DNA of 64,000 nt from Diadema antillarum. Taxonomy: Eukaryota. Below are positions 28,721 to 42,551 of the stretch, one piece after another. The stretch spans positions 930,001-994,000 of the forward strand of contig NW_027271496.1 of assembly GCF_040938485.1 (NCBI RefSeq). The letters run 5' to 3'. Position numbers and translations under genes: made by a program. The first letter of the stretch is position 1. Each line of letters starts with the position of its first letter. The notes below the pieces were generated by a model. That model searched no databases. It was not told where the DNA came from and was given only the letters and a program-made list of their open reading frames with translations.

Positions 28721-28882
28721 CAGGGGCGGATCCAGGAATTTCGTAAAGAGGGGGCGCGTTTACAAAATTAAAGGGGGGGGGGCGCACGCACCCCTCCCCC
28801 ATTTTTCTTTTTATTTCTTTTGTTTCAACAAAAAAACAAGGGGGGCGTGCGCCGGTTGCGGTCCTCCCTGGATCCGCCCCTG
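28721..28882. mobile_element. Short TIR element CAGGGGCGGATCCAGG...CCTGGATCCGCCCCTG with 6-bp GGCCCC flanking duplication
   Basis: 16-bp perfect TIR. GGCCCC at 28715-28720 and 28883-28888. Confidence 0.75.
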
Positions 28883-30422
28883 GGCCCCTATGTGCGAAGA
28901 AAAAAATCATTAGACCTAATGTAATGATAATAATAATAATAACAATAAGGATAATAGCAGTATTTTGATGAGGGATGATAATTTTGGCTGTTTTTGTTCA
29001 CCACTGATCTCAGATTGTTATCACTGTAATGTTTATCACGCAGGTCTTTGTAGTTCAGTCTAAAATAATCTCAAATCTATCTTTTGTTATTTTATTCGAC
29101 ATATTCAGCTCTCACTTCATAATGTGTTATTTGTGGAAAATGTAAGTTTCATGTAAGAACTCATTTTTAATAGCTTCTTGGAATATCATCTCTACACGCA
29201 TATTGCTTCTTTGTCTGTTTGTGATAGTAGATTCATTGTATTCCACATTTTTGTTATCTTTTTTTTTTTGGTAATAGACAATTTGCGCTTTCAATTCTCA
29301 ATATGTTTATGATTTACATGTGAATGTGGAATATGGAACAATAAAACTAAGCGAAAATCCAACAAGATGTAAATTACACTTAAAATCACAGATATGACAT
29401 TTTTAGTCCGTGTGCTTGATAATTTACCCAGTCCAATACAATAAAATTGATTTATATATCAATCAATAATAAATCGCGCTAATAAGGCTTAATTTATAGT
29501 TCTAATCCGTACATGATAGAAACTAGTCACTGATGAAACATTCATCAATGACATATCTACCATAATTAGTAGGCCTATATATACAAAAAAAATACACAAT
29601 ACCAATTCATTATTTTGTGGTAAAAACGTATTCATGATAAAATATATTTCTTTTGTAAAGAAGAAACCATTATTATATAGTAAACAATTTACCAATTGAC
29701 TACTCAGAATGAATGAAAGATAATTCAATGAAGGTATATGATAGTAACATTTCTTACCTGTAGGTAGAGTAAAGTTACAACACGTGCAGTCACGATGGAT
29801 GCAGTCCACGTTCAAATAACATTCACAAGGGATGCTGTAATTTTTCTCAGATTGGATTTCAACTCCACTTCAATAATAAATATTCATATTTCTTGGCTGG
29901 ATGAATCAGATTTGAGAGGGATTTTTTTCCCTATGCTTAAATTTATATACATTATTTCCCAGAACGCCCAAAGATCTAAGGGGGGGGGGGGGGGGGGGTC
30001 GTCGATTTTGGGGGCATACAAGGCACATTTATGAAACCTTAGTTAAACTTTGTTCGTATATGTACATATTACTAACATGCAGTGCGTATTTACATATTGA
30101 CATTTCATGTTTGATTAGTGTCAGTAGTGGCATTGTGATCGTGCTATTTATATGCTTTTCAGGATCTACAGTATACTAGTTCTTAGTACATGTATATGGC
30201 GAAATCAAAACAATATAACTACATGCAATACGTGTAGCGTAGGAAATCTCAATTTGAATGCCAAACATGAATATTCATGAGAGGGAAATCGACTGGAAAT
30301 TTTCGCCACATATGGTAATGGTGTGTGCTGGTGCGGAATTGGGGTTGGGGGACAATAATACTTGTAATATTGTATGCTAGGCAAACAAACGTACTACAAA
30401 AGAGAGCTAGAGAGAGAGAGGG

Positions 30423-30425
<3 letters not shown>

Positions 30426-30474
<49 letters not shown>
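30426..30474. repeat. (GT)n microsatellite
   Basis: Direct inspection. Confidence 0.9.
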
Positions 30475-30480
<6 letters not shown>

Positions 30481-30677
30481 GGTGTACGGCAGGATTCGGG
30501 TGAGGGGTGAGACACGAAATGTCTGATTTATTTCTGATTCACGGTAGTTATGACTTCAAGACCATCATTCTGCCTAATAATGATTATTACAGCACATCGA
30601 ACTGTGCTGCTTCCCAGAATATTCACGCCCTCTAACGACGAGAGAAGTGACCGGTCAAGCTGGATGGATCTCCGCTA

Positions 30678-31750
30678 GGGTGGGATTTCACGGAGCACGC
30701 GAACGATTTGCGAAGGACGCGAATGGCAAAATCCAGCATTCGTATTTTAGTCTGCAAAAGTTCGCCAAACGGTCGTGAGCGTTCGGAAGCGTCGTCAGTT
30801 GTTCGCGAATGTCGTTTTTACTTCGGCGAGAATTTCAAAAAAGTTTGAAATTTTTTGCGAACCTTTTCCGCACACTTGGTCGTGATTTGCTCGTGAATTG
30901 TTCTCGAAATTGTCTTGAAAGCTTCGTCATATGCGCAAGACCTTCGCAAGACACGCGCGATGTTCGCAAAATGTTCGTGAAACCCCAAACAGACTCCGAA
31001 ACTTTGGAGAATGTCTCGCGTATGTTACGCGAAATCTGCGAAGTTTTTCCGATCATTTTACGACGTAATCGCAAACGGTTCGCGTACCTTTTGAGACATT
31101 CTCGCGAACGTTTAGCGCACGTTTGGGTGATGCATGACTTATACGTTTTCTGCAGATAAAAATTGTAGAATACATCTAAACATCAAAGAATTATTAACAA
31201 CTATAGTAACAAAAGAAATTAAAGACTAGCAAAGATAAAGAGATGTTTGATATACAAAAAAATCGCAGAATACACTTAGAATATATCTTAACTATGTAAA
31301 ATTTCATTTGAACTATAGAGATTATGTGTCGGAGGAACTGAAAAAACAAATCAAATGCTCCTTACTATAGTGGAGATAGGTATTAAGAAAAAGAATGTAG
31401 GCAAGCACACGATAGAGAAATGAGAGAAAAAGAAAGGAGAAATAGAGGAAAGAAAAAAATTCAACTCAAGACAGCTTCCACCTCTCCTTGGGTACATTTT
31501 CTCCCATGATTATTGAAAATTTTTCGTTGTTCGCATTTCCGTCGCGTGTTCTTCGTGTACGTAACATGCTGTACTTTAGCAATGATACACACGACATTCG
31601 CACATACGTCGTGGAAACTTCGCACAAATTGCGCAAGAATAGTTTTCGGCTTCATTGTCGGAAAACATTCGGAGAAAAACTTTTCCGAATGTTGGATTTT
31701 GTCATTCGCGTCCTTCGCAAATCGTTCGCGTGCTCCGTGAAATCCCACCC
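30678..31750 (+). mobile_element. Non-autonomous PIF/Harbinger-like element, copy 1 (about 1.07 kb, about 65-bp TIRs)
   Basis: TIR GGGTGGGATTTCACGGAGCACGCGAACGATTTGCGAAGGACGCGAATG at both ends; flanks CTA and TTA; no transposase ORF. Confidence 0.85.
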
Positions 31751-31756
31751 TTATAA

Positions 31757-32823
31757 GGGTGGGATTTCACGGAGCACGCGAACGATTTGCGAAGGATGCG
31801 AATGACAAAAAAAGTTTTTCTCCGAATGTGTTCCGACAATGAAGCCGAAAACTATTGTTGCGCATTTTGTGCGAAGTTTCCACGACGTTTGTGCGAATGT
31901 CGTGTGTATCATTGCTAAAGTACAGCATGTTACGTACACGAAGAACACGCGACGGAAATGCGAACAACGAAACATTTCCAATAATCATGGGAGAAAATGT
32001 ACCCAAGGAGAGGTGGAAGCTGTCTTGAGTTGAGGTTTTTTTTTTTCTTTCCTCTATTTCTCCTTTCTTTTTCTCTCATTTCTCTATCGTATGCTTCCCT
32101 ACATTCTTTTTCCTAATACCTATCTCCACTATAGTAACGAGCGTTTGATTTTTTTTTTTCAGTTCCTCCGACACATACTCTCTGCAGTTCAAATGAAATT
32201 TTACATACTTAAGATTAATTTTAAGTGTATTCTGCGATTTTTTTTGTATATCAAACATTTCTTTATCTTTGCTAGTCTTTAATTTCTTTTGTTACTATAG
32301 TTGTTGATAATTCTTTGATGTTTAGACGTATTCTACGATTTTTATCTGTAGAAAACGTATAAGTCATACATCCCCCAAACGTGCGCTAAACGTTCGCGAG
32401 AATGTCTCAAAAGGTACGCGAACAGTTTGCGATTACGTCGTAAAATGATCGGAAAAACTTCGCAGATTTCGCGTAACATACGCGAGACATTCTCCAAAGT
32501 TTCGGAGTCTGTTTGGGGTTTCACGAACATTTTGCGAACGTCGCGCGTGTCTTGCGAAGGTCTTGCGCATATGACGAGGCTTTAAAGACACTTTCGAGAA
32601 CAATTCACGAGCAAATCACGACCAAGTGTGCGGAAAAGGTTCGCAAAAAATTTCAAACTTTTTTGAAATTCTCGCCGAAGTAAAAACGACATTCGCGAAC
32701 AATTGACGACTCTTCCGAACCCTCACGTTTGTTTGGCGATCTTTTGCAGACTAAAATGCGAATGCTGGATTTTGCCATTCGCGTCATTCGCAAATCGTTC
32801 GCGTGCTCCGTGAAATCCCACCC
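31757..32823 (-). mobile_element. Same element, copy 2, in inverted orientation
   Basis: Reverse complement of 30678-31750 with scattered substitutions and indels. TAA on both flanks (31754-31756, 32824-32826). Confidence 0.85.
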
Positions 32824-32826
32824 TAA

Positions 32827-33303
32827 AGGGCTCACACCCATAAATATTTTTTCCCCATAGGGATGTGTGTTAAAAATCAAACTGTAAAAAATTCTGTAAA
32901 ATAACTCATACAAATGGCGTCTTTCATATCGCATGTCAAACTAAAGTAAGATGTGCCCTTTCACTCATCAAAATATCAAGGGGGGTTTTCAGTTCAAACT
33001 CTGTCAAAAGGTCCGCAAAGTCAGACTACGTGTCTTTTTAACTCAAAAAGGCTCAGATTTTCTGTGCGTGCGCCGAGTTAAATTAGTCCCTTTAAATTCC
33101 ACAAGAAAAACCTATCACCTGCCAAGCAGAACATATTTTGTAGAGGAATTCACACTCATCAACGTGAGCTAAAAACTTTTCTTCTACCTTCATTTCCTGA
33201 TTTTTTATGATTTTTTTTCTGAATTAATTTTGGTATCTTTGATACGAATTTGTGATCAGGCCGGGAAGAATCCATTATACATGTATTTACGGGTGTGAGC
33301 CCT
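32827..33303. mobile_element. Third MITE directly abutting copy 2
   Basis: TIR AGGGCTCACACCC(A/G)TAAATA ... TATTTACGGGTGTGAGCCCT. Confidence 0.75.
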
Positions 33304-33767
33304 AAAGGCACGGGTGCCACGGCTGTCGTGGGCGGTGTGGAAAGGACTATAATGAAATATATATGGCAAAGTGTCTGGAAACCATACTAGATTCATGGAA
33401 GGGCTGACTTGTTTGGGTTTGGGTTTGGTTTGGAACAGTTTAGCCCTAATCCTGCATTTAAAAAAGAAAGACAAACAGACATAAAATCAAACTTGAATTC
33501 AAATTATATAAACCCATGGCGAATGCAATAATCAAGATTTTAACAAAAGTATTACGATAGTAGAAAACATGGCACTACAATGTATATAGTAATGATAACA
33601 GTAAATGATGCAAAAAGATCAACAAGACCTACAAAGATAAAAACACATACGATGGAAGTAAAAGGGGTCTCATTTTATGCTGAGAACATTCAATAATAAA
33701 AAAAAAAACACGTTCATTTATTGTTGCATAAGTGCATTATGAAAGTTGAATGAAATGAAAGATTTGA

Positions 33768-34280
33768 GTATATGAATATAAGAACGATCCAAGTCCATGG
33801 AAGACCATTTCGAGTAAACTTTAAAAAACTTCATATCTTTTTTATTTGTCCAATAATATTCTATTTAACTGTGATGGGAAAGCAACATTGTATTATGATT
33901 TGTATTTAAAATACAAATCATAACATATATAATTATGACAATTAACATTTACATTAATTGTGGAGAGGCCATTTTGTGTGATGGACTTGGGTCGTTCTTT
34001 GATTCATATGGACTTGGGTCGTTCTTTGATTCATATATACATGATATTCTATAGAGATGAGAGAAGGAAGAGAGAGGGCGCTATAATATGAATGTAAGAA
34101 TGACCCAAGTCCTTCATTCTTACATTCATATAAGATTTAACTCATTTATTTCAGGCACTTCCGGGGTAATTAGAATTTATCTTTTATACACAAGATGAGT
34201 CCAAGCATAAGCTACAATAATTTCCCATGTCAAACTGAATTTGGCCAAAAAATTGGACTTGGGTCGTTCTTATATTCAGG
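33768..34280. mobile_element. Two adjacent MITE-like elements with TIR TATGAAT.TAAGAA(C/T)GA.CCAAGTCC
   Basis: Inverted pairs at about 33770/34040 and 34088/34278, plus a tandem duplication of GGACTTGGGTCGTTCTTTGATTCATAT at about 33983-34037. Confidence 0.55.
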
Positions 34281-34597
34281 TCTATTGGAAAGAGTAGCTA
34301 TGTGTTTGCGTACAAGAGGAAGGGGAGGGGGAGAAGGGGGAGCTAAGGAACCTATATTTATTCTTCAGACTTTGAGAAGAAGCAAGGAATACGTTGTTGT
34401 TGTTTTTTCAAGAGAGAAAATCTAGATTAGAGGTGCTATATAGCAAAAAATAAAAAAAAATAAAAAAAAAACAAGCTGTCCCAGCTTCTATCAACTTTTA
34501 TCTGCCGATGGAATCTCACATCTCAGAAACATTATAAAACGTCAATATTATTGAACTAAATTGAATCGAATTTAATTGAACATAAATCTGTATAATT

Positions 34598-34850
34598 ATT
34601 TGCTTCAGAATGGTCTCATATTCAAGTAATGTGCGGTTTAATGTTTCTAGGTTATACCGTATAGCATGCCTGTACCGAACAGTGACGGGGCGATTGAACT
34701 GCACATTACTTGAATATGAGACCATTCTGAAGCAAATAATTTTCACACAACAATAGCTGTATAATGTACTCCTAAATGAATCCCAAAAGGATTGGACCAA
34801 TCATCCCCCAGCATTCCCACTGATTCCCACTGATCAGATACTAGCCGCCC
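34598..34850. mobile_element. Truncated copy of MITE family T-C (full copy at 58862-59219)
   Basis: Shares TTGCTTC.GAATGGTCTCATATTCAAGTAATGT ... CATTCCCACTGATTCCCACT.ATCAG.TACTAGCC with the full copy. Confidence 0.75.
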
Positions 34851-35787
34851 TTCTCATTCTCGCCCGAGGCAATGTTGACGTCCGGTGACCGTGAGCATCG
34901 TTCCATATCTTCGTAAAAGAAAACGTCTGGTATTCAGGCTATACAACTTCTGTGGAGAAATCTCCTTGTACACACACACATACGCAAGGGTGTCCTTTGA
35001 GTAGCTTCCTGCCGTAAACAACGTACCGCTATAACAGTGAAGAGAGTGCAGAACCAATAAAACACGACAGTGTGTTGTGGGCATTGTGTGAACGCTGTGA
35101 TGATTTTTGCCGATATGTCGTCTAGAGACATCCCCTGAAGCTTGATACACCCGTGACATTAATTTTTACATCGATATCGACCCGTACAGTAGGTCTCTAC
35201 CTGCAGATGAAGCGTGAGTGTACTCGACTCGAGGACATAACTTATTATAACGGCGGCCGAGCATGAGTCTGTGCACGATCACTGCGGGGGACCGGGGATC
35301 ACCTGTCTTATTTTACTAAACAGGTAAGACACGGTGATTCCTATCGATGTATTTATACTACAATCTGTATCATGTTTTGACCGCCAGAGCCCTTCTGTTG
35401 CAGACCCGGAAACGATGAGAGAGGTATACTTCCGTAGAGATAGGTCTACTGTCTACATGCATAATATGCAACGGACGTGTTTTGGTATCGCACGCCTCTC
35501 TGAGCTGGTTCGGTTGTACGTTTGTTATGATATATTCTGTATGCCATGTGCGTCAATCTCTCGCGCTAGCTCAGCCACGCCCATCTACCATTTCTAACGA
35601 CATTTGTAAAACAAGGTACATAGTCATGAGAGTGTGATTTTGTATTCATAATGTAAATACATGAGACATTACTACAACTGCTAACTTTACTGCTATACCT
35701 CTACCAACGTATACCTACTGCACTTAGTGGCCTGCTATAGCTATCACTACTACTGCTACTGCTGAAGTACAGAGTGTACTATAGTAT

Positions 35788-35791
35788 ACTA

Positions 35792-35853
<62 letters not shown>
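35788..35853. repeat. (CTA)n microsatellite
   Basis: Direct inspection; it explains the poly-Ser ORF in the track. Confidence 0.9.
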
Positions 35854-36817
35854 GCATATAGCTGCTACTAAACCTCGCTGGTTCCTGTCAGCAGCATGGA
35901 CAGTGTCGATCATTTGTAATATCTTGAACAACTTATGACCTTTATCTCTTCGCACAAACGGCCCTCTGCTTGTCATGACTCACCGATCGTCAGTGGGTCA
36001 CCCCCCCCCCCAGCAAAAAACAAAACAAAAACAAAAACAAAAACAAAAACAGATCTCCCGTGAAAGAAAACTGATATATGACACGGATATACTACACATT
36101 TAAGCCGACTGTCTACAGCATCAGGATACAAACAAGAATATTAGAAAATGGATTTCAGTTTTGGATCCATTCCATACAACTCGAACTTAGCATCTTCACA
36201 GCTATTTCATTTTTTTCCACGAAGAGAGATCGTTAAAGCACAGTGATAGTGTACGACACATGTACTAAATAAAGCTCTGTCTTATTAGCTGGGAGGCCGT
36301 GGATTCGAATTCGAGTTAGACAAGATATTTCAACCACACTAGGGCCTACCTCTCTTGAGAACAGAAACCTTAACGTTGAGGTGGTGATGAGACCCATCGG
36401 TAGAACAATACAAGAGGATGAGCTGAACTATCCTTAGCAAGTACTGTCTAAAACAGCGCATTGTTGAGTGTATCAAGAGGACGTATCTGTACTGGTTTTG
36501 CCTGATTGCATGTGTATACTTTCGGTTGTCAATTTTGCGTGACTGTGGCACAGTATTGATTCAGAACTTCAATTGAAGAAACGATACACAATCAATCTTA
36601 TACAACACCAGGAACAACATCAACTAGGGAGAGTCACGTAGAGCAATAATTTGCATAAGTAAGTTGGTTCTCTGGAAACATATCCATGATCAGCGATGTT
36701 TCGGTATTTACGGCAAGGGGTAAGGTGACGTGCAGTGTAACCCGTTTGAATTTTCCGCAGTAAAGCGCGGTCTGAAGCCGTACAGTTGCTAACGCTGCGA
36801 TACCAGAGTCGATCACG

Positions 36818-39800
36818 ATGGATGAACTCGATTACAGCTGCTTCATGATCGACAGCGGGTCGGGGCAGTGGAAGGCGGGCTTCGCCGGTGAAGACAAACC
36901 TCGAACTTCTATCCCCGCCCTTGCTGGAAGGCCAAAGCACCAGGTAAGATGTCAATGCAAGTACCTTTGGCATTGTGTGGTATATCATCAAAGATGGTTA
37001 CAAATGCCTTCATACGCATGAATCATTCGGGTTGGGGTGGTGGAATGTACTATCCAATACCAACTATGATTTGTGCCCCTAAGACAATTATGATCATCAT
37101 CATTATTTCAAGAACAGTAGCTGGGGAAGACAAGTTTGTTCAAAGTTAATATATCCACCTTTACCAAAGAAAGGCCGACCTGAAGCTTACTCTGCAAGAT
37201 CGCTCGGTTTCAATGTAATGCCACACCGTAGATGATGATGGTGACGTTTCGAGGAAAAACAAATCAGATTTTTTTCTAACTTAATGGAATCCTTGTTTCA
37301 TATTTCATCCGTATTTCCATCAGTTTATACTATTAAGACTCCGATGTTTGGCCTTTCGATTTCTAGATATTATGAAGTCTTCTCGCATTATAATCCAAGT
37401 CTTATATATTTCTGTCGGACTTTTCATGTCATTTTTTTAAATTTATTTTTTGATAAAGCTTATCCAGCCAAGTATGGTGTACTATAGCGAGCTGCGGTAC
37501 ATCGGCGAGGAAGCGCTAGAGAGACGCGGGCTGCTCGACCTTCAGCACCCCGTCCAGCGCGGGGTTGTCACAAACTGGGATGATATTCAGAAGCTTGTGG
37601 GTCGTATTTTCTACTACTGTCATCGAGCTTGTACCGAAGAGCATTCCACCTTGTTCACGGAACCTCCCTTCAATCCCAAGTCACAAAGGGAAAAGATGAC
37701 TGAGGTAAGACATCTGTGTTTAAAGCCTGTGTGTCCCTTTTGCAACCTTAAAAGCTCCAAGATTCCATTCAAAAGCTGGTATATTGTTGTGGTAGGTAAC
37801 TAAGACTTTTCCTCAGAATGATAAAACTGGAAACTGCTTTATCGTGGAGAAGTACCAAAGATTCAAATGGATTTATTCGGAACCCGAAAGAAATTCCCAC
37901 CGTTATTTCCTGTACAAATGACGAGCGTGTTCCCAAGTAACAAGGTGTTAGTTTTTCTTTTCCTTTTTTGAAAACTCTGAGATGTATACCATTACCGTAA
38001 AATTATTCTTTAATCATGCAAAATTTCGTGACGTTTGGATAATACGACCTTTAATAGCCTGTAGACTTGACTCGAGTCCAAGCAACAAGATGTAACGTGA
38101 CGCGACTCTTCCATTAGCAAAATTCTGGGTTGCTCGTATCAGAATGGCCACTGTCGTTCAGAATGATAACCCCCAAATAACCCTACCCAATGCCTGCTCT
38201 ACGGAAGCAGCTTACTTGCACCCTTTAAACGTGCTTTTTTCATCATCATGCCTCGACAATGGGGGTTAGATATCTAAGTAAAGTGTAATTATTTCACAAA
38301 TTATTCATTTTGTTTGTACATGATCAAGTATGAATGAAACGTAAAAATTTAACAATCAAACACATACACACAAAGAAGTTACCGGACGGTTTATTTCTGT
38401 GCTGTTGCCGTCTCTCATTCTTTCCCTATGTTGTCGAAGTGTTTTGCTCATTTAAGTTACGTTAACTAATGCTGCTTGAATCACCTTCAAATAATCCGTA
38501 AAATGACAGAACATGGGTTCCTTCTAATGCAGTCAAGTTATCTTTGACAAGTGTAAAGTAACGTTTTCATTCCTACGTGATTTATATCGTTTGTTTTCTT
38601 TCACACATCTGGGCTGGAAAATCGTCTTCTCGACAATCAGGTGATGATCGAGAAGCATGACATGCCTGGGATCTTCTTCGCCAACGCTGCCGTCCTGGCG
38701 AGTCAACGAGATTCCCTTGTCCTCGACATCGGGGAAGGCGTGTGCCAGGTCGTCCCTGTCCGCGACGGCGAGGCGATCGTCCACGCCGTCCAGCGAATGG
38801 ACCTTGCAGGAATCGACTTGACCAATTACCTACAGAACCTTTTAAACAAGAGAGGCCTTTCATTTGTTACCTCAGGTACGTTCCTGAGGGAGATGATGTT
38901 CTCATGTTCCTGTTGCATGCTCGCAAAAGAGTCACATCTGTCGATTATTTCTCTTATTTTGTAAGCAACTCAAACATTCTTCGAGAGGGATTATGTAATT
39001 GACCTGTCTTTGAGATGTTCTTGTTTTCAAACAGCGAAGTTCTTGATTTTTATGGCATGAACAGTGTTGTAAGGAAAGTATTCAATGGGAAAGATGATGA
39101 TTATTTGTCAAATTGATACTAAAACGGGAACCCAAACCCAAAGAGTAATGTGGATTGAGTGAAAGTAGCAACATTAGTAGAATACATCAGTGAAAGTTTT
39201 AGGAAAACCGACAATCAATGCAAAAGTTATGAATTTTTAATGTTTTTTTTGTGTTGGAACCGCTGGATGAGGAGACTACTAGATGTTATGACGTATTATG
39301 AGTGGACAATATTAAGAAAATATACAGAAAATTACACATTCCATCAACTTGATACTGTTTTTACCCCTGCTTTCTGAAAGCGGTAGTCAAGTCCTCTTTC
39401 ATTATGCTAGAGAAATGAATTTTAGTTGAATTTATTTTATCATTTTCTTTATAATTGTTTTCCACTCATATGCCATAACCTCTGGTAGTCTCCTCATCCA
39501 GCGGTTCCAACACCGAAACTTTAAGAATAAATAACTTTTGAATCAATTGTCCATTTTTTTTTTCAAACTTTCACTGAAGTGTTCTACTAATGTTGCTGCT
39601 TTCACTCAATCCACATTGCTCTTTGGGTTTGGGTTCCGTTATATGATAAATGAAGTTGATATTTCTGTCGGGTTTTCTTAAAAAAAAAAGTGATGAAACG
39701 ACAATTTATTTTGCCTACTGGTTTATCTGCAGCCGAGCATGACATAGTGCGTGAAATCAAGGAAAAAGTGAGCTACGTCGCTGTCGATTTCGACCGCGAA

Positions 39801-40259
39801 ACGGAAGTCGCGGCGAGCGCTCCAGAATCTGTCAACAGTTCCTACGAGCTCCCCGATGGTCACGACATTACTGTCGGCAGCGAGCGATTCCGAGCCGCCG
39901 AACCCCTCTTCCAGCCCAAGCTGATCGAGAGCGACCACCAGGGCGTTCACGAGCTCGTCTACAGCAGCATCATGATGTGCGACGCCGACATCCGTCCGCT
40001 GCTCTTCGGCAACGTCATCCTCGCCGGCGGCTCGACGATGATCTGCGGGTTCCCGGAGAGGTTGAAGAAGGAACTCTCAGCTCTTGCCCCGCCCGGAATC
40101 AAGGTCAATGTCATCGCGCCACCAAAGAGGGAGTACTCCGCCTGGGTCGGCGGGTCAAAGTTAGCTAGCTCAATCCCCTTTCAGGACAATTGGATCCCGA
40201 GACAGGAATACCTAGAACACGGAGCGAGCCTCATTCACAAGAAATGCCAGCTGTTCTAG
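36818..40259 (+). CDS. A5: intact, highly divergent actin-like protein, 374 aa, ends KKCQLF
   Basis: Exons 36818-36943 (MDELDYSCFMIDSGSGQWKAGFAGEDKPRTSIPALAGRPKHQ), 37468-37704, 38641-38875 (235 nt, 4 codons short) and 39733-40259. All GT-AG and in frame. The exon 2 acceptor could alternatively lie 9 nt upstream. Confidence 0.9.
39123..39640. mobile_element. Palindromic MITE related internally to family T-B, in A5 intron 3
   Basis: Ends AACGGGAACCCAAACCCAAAGAG / CTCTTTGGGTTTGGGTTCCGTT. Shares AACATTAGTAGAA.ACATCAGTGAAAGTTT and CCGCTGGATGAGGAGACTACT with 24460-25028. Confidence 0.75.
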
Positions 40260-42551
40260 TGTGCGTTGTCATGGGAACGTTGCGTGGCATCAGCGAATCA
40301 AGTTGTAAAGAAACTTATTTCTCCGTGTAGATTCGGAAGTGAAACAAACAAACATGACAGAAACTATATAGCTGTTGGAAAGCTGGTCCCTAGTATTTTA
40401 TCCATAATTTATGTTACATAATCATTTTACAGCATGGCAACAACGTGTTTAATGTCACAAGGAAGGTCGAAGACAAACAATCATGAAATCAAATGAGACA
40501 CGATTACGTTTTATTTCGGATTTCCCCATGCGGTCCCTGAGTGCAGGTCAGGAAATAGGGCCTTCACGTTATGAAGGCAGATTGACGTCATCATTTCTGA
40601 AATTAACACTCTCCTTCTCTGGAGAAAAAAAATATGTGAGTGTTGCCCGTTTTCTGAGAAGGCCCCTAACTATCGTGCAGAAGATATCTCCAACTGCAGA
40701 CTAGCAAGATCGACCGCCAATATGCCTCTGTTAGAATCACAGTAAATATTATAACTGTTATAGAAACTCGAATATGCATTGAAAGTTTGTGAACCAAAAA
40801 AAAACACAAAAACACAAAGAACAAACACCTGCCTAAGCCAGATAGCAGAAAAAGAAATATAAACGTATTTATATCAAATATATTATTTCATATACGTGCA
40901 TAAAGTATACACGGAATATGCATATATTTCATCCTTTGTAAAGATTTAATCCTCTTCTAACATGTGTCTGAAATTGAGACTAAGTTATGTGTTCGTAAAG
41001 GTTACCCCGCTGTGAATTTGCCGAGCAGTCAACTGCAACGTCAAACGGCGTAGTCTTTTGTTATCAGGATCTGTATTATAAAAACGACAAAGGAGCGTGT
41101 AAAACTGTAGCAAAACTACTGTGGGGTTTCAATACGAAGCAACATGACTGGACTGTAACAGCTTTGTAACAGCCTATATTAAATTTTAGAGTATTTCTTC
41201 GCATCTGATGAGATCTTTAATGAAATAAATTTTAGTGTCATGACATCACGCTGACTTCATGCCTTCTATTTCTGTATGTGTAGGCCTACATAAGTCATGG
41301 AAGGAATAAATATTTCTCACATCAGCAAAAGCGTTGTTGCCCCCCCCCCCCCAAAAAAAAAGTATTAGAATCTGAAAGCGTTCTCGACATTCAAACCCTG
41401 GCCGGTGCCACGTTTTCAAAAGGGGGATGGGGGGGGGGGGGGCACTTCAGACTTCTAGTGCCACTTCCGGGTTTCATCAGCTTACAAGCATAAAAAAAAC
41501 ACACAAAGGCCTTACCGTGCTCACACTTCAATCTTTCTATTTATTTCCAGTCCCTCCCCCCCCCCCCCCGGTTCCGCCGGCCCTGGTACACTTGAGTGAC
41601 TGTCGTTGCAAATTTACCACATCGCAGAGAATGTATACTGTACGTCTATATAAATGGCCCCTACAAGAAAGCGATAACGCTGCAATGGACACAGGTGAAC
41701 GACTCAATACATTGTACACGACTATCACATCATCCACATCTTTGTATTCCTTGTCGAGCGATTAATATGTCAACAAGAATTCCGAGGAGACCAAAAACCA
41801 GGAAATAGTAACGAAACTCACTATTCCCACCAGTTACAATGTTAAAAACACAATAACAACAACGACAACAACATCAACAACGACCACTCCTACTAAAATG
41901 CACTACTACTGTACGACTGCGACTACTACTACTACTGCTATTGATACTAACTGTACTTCTAATGATAACAATACTGCTAATGAAATTAGTAATAGATAAT
42001 AATAATCATCATGATAGTAATAAAATGAGCATAATAGGAGTAGTAACGATAATACTGATACTTAGAAATCATCAATATTTCAACGCATGCTCCAGTCACT
42101 GCTGACCCTTAACATCCTGCAAATACCAAACTACCACAGCAACTACTGACTCTACTCGGTTCTACTTCCGTGATCAGTTTTACTCACTACTGCTAAATGA
42201 ACCTCCTTCTCTTGATGAAAATGGTTACAAACCCTTGGATTTTTTTTTTTTACTTTTTGTTTACAATAGTTCACTAAACGTTTGATGATTTATGCCGGAG
42301 CAAAGGAAACGGAGCGAAGGTAATGACGCAGTTTTGCTGCTTTTGTTGTCATTGTTGTTTCTCTTCTTCTCTTCGATTTTATTTTAGTTTAATTAAGTTT
42401 AGTTTTGCTTAATTTCTGTTTTATTTTGTTTTCTTAACCCTGATTCAAGAAAGTTAGACTAGGGACCGAGCAATTTAGGGAACATCTCTGTTCTAGAAAA
42501 TATTATTCTTTTTGTTTCTTGCATCGGTAGCTAAGACCTGGATGAGATGCC

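Noticed and set aside
30809-32934. Paired ORFs appearing on both strands (e.g. MGTFSPMII..., MFVKPQTD...)
   Set aside because: Products of the inverted non-autonomous element; no transposase motifs.
36350-36447. 98-nt minus-strand segment flanked by AG and GT with one open frame, upstream of A5
   Set aside because: No partner exons or homology; chance exon-like signals are common.
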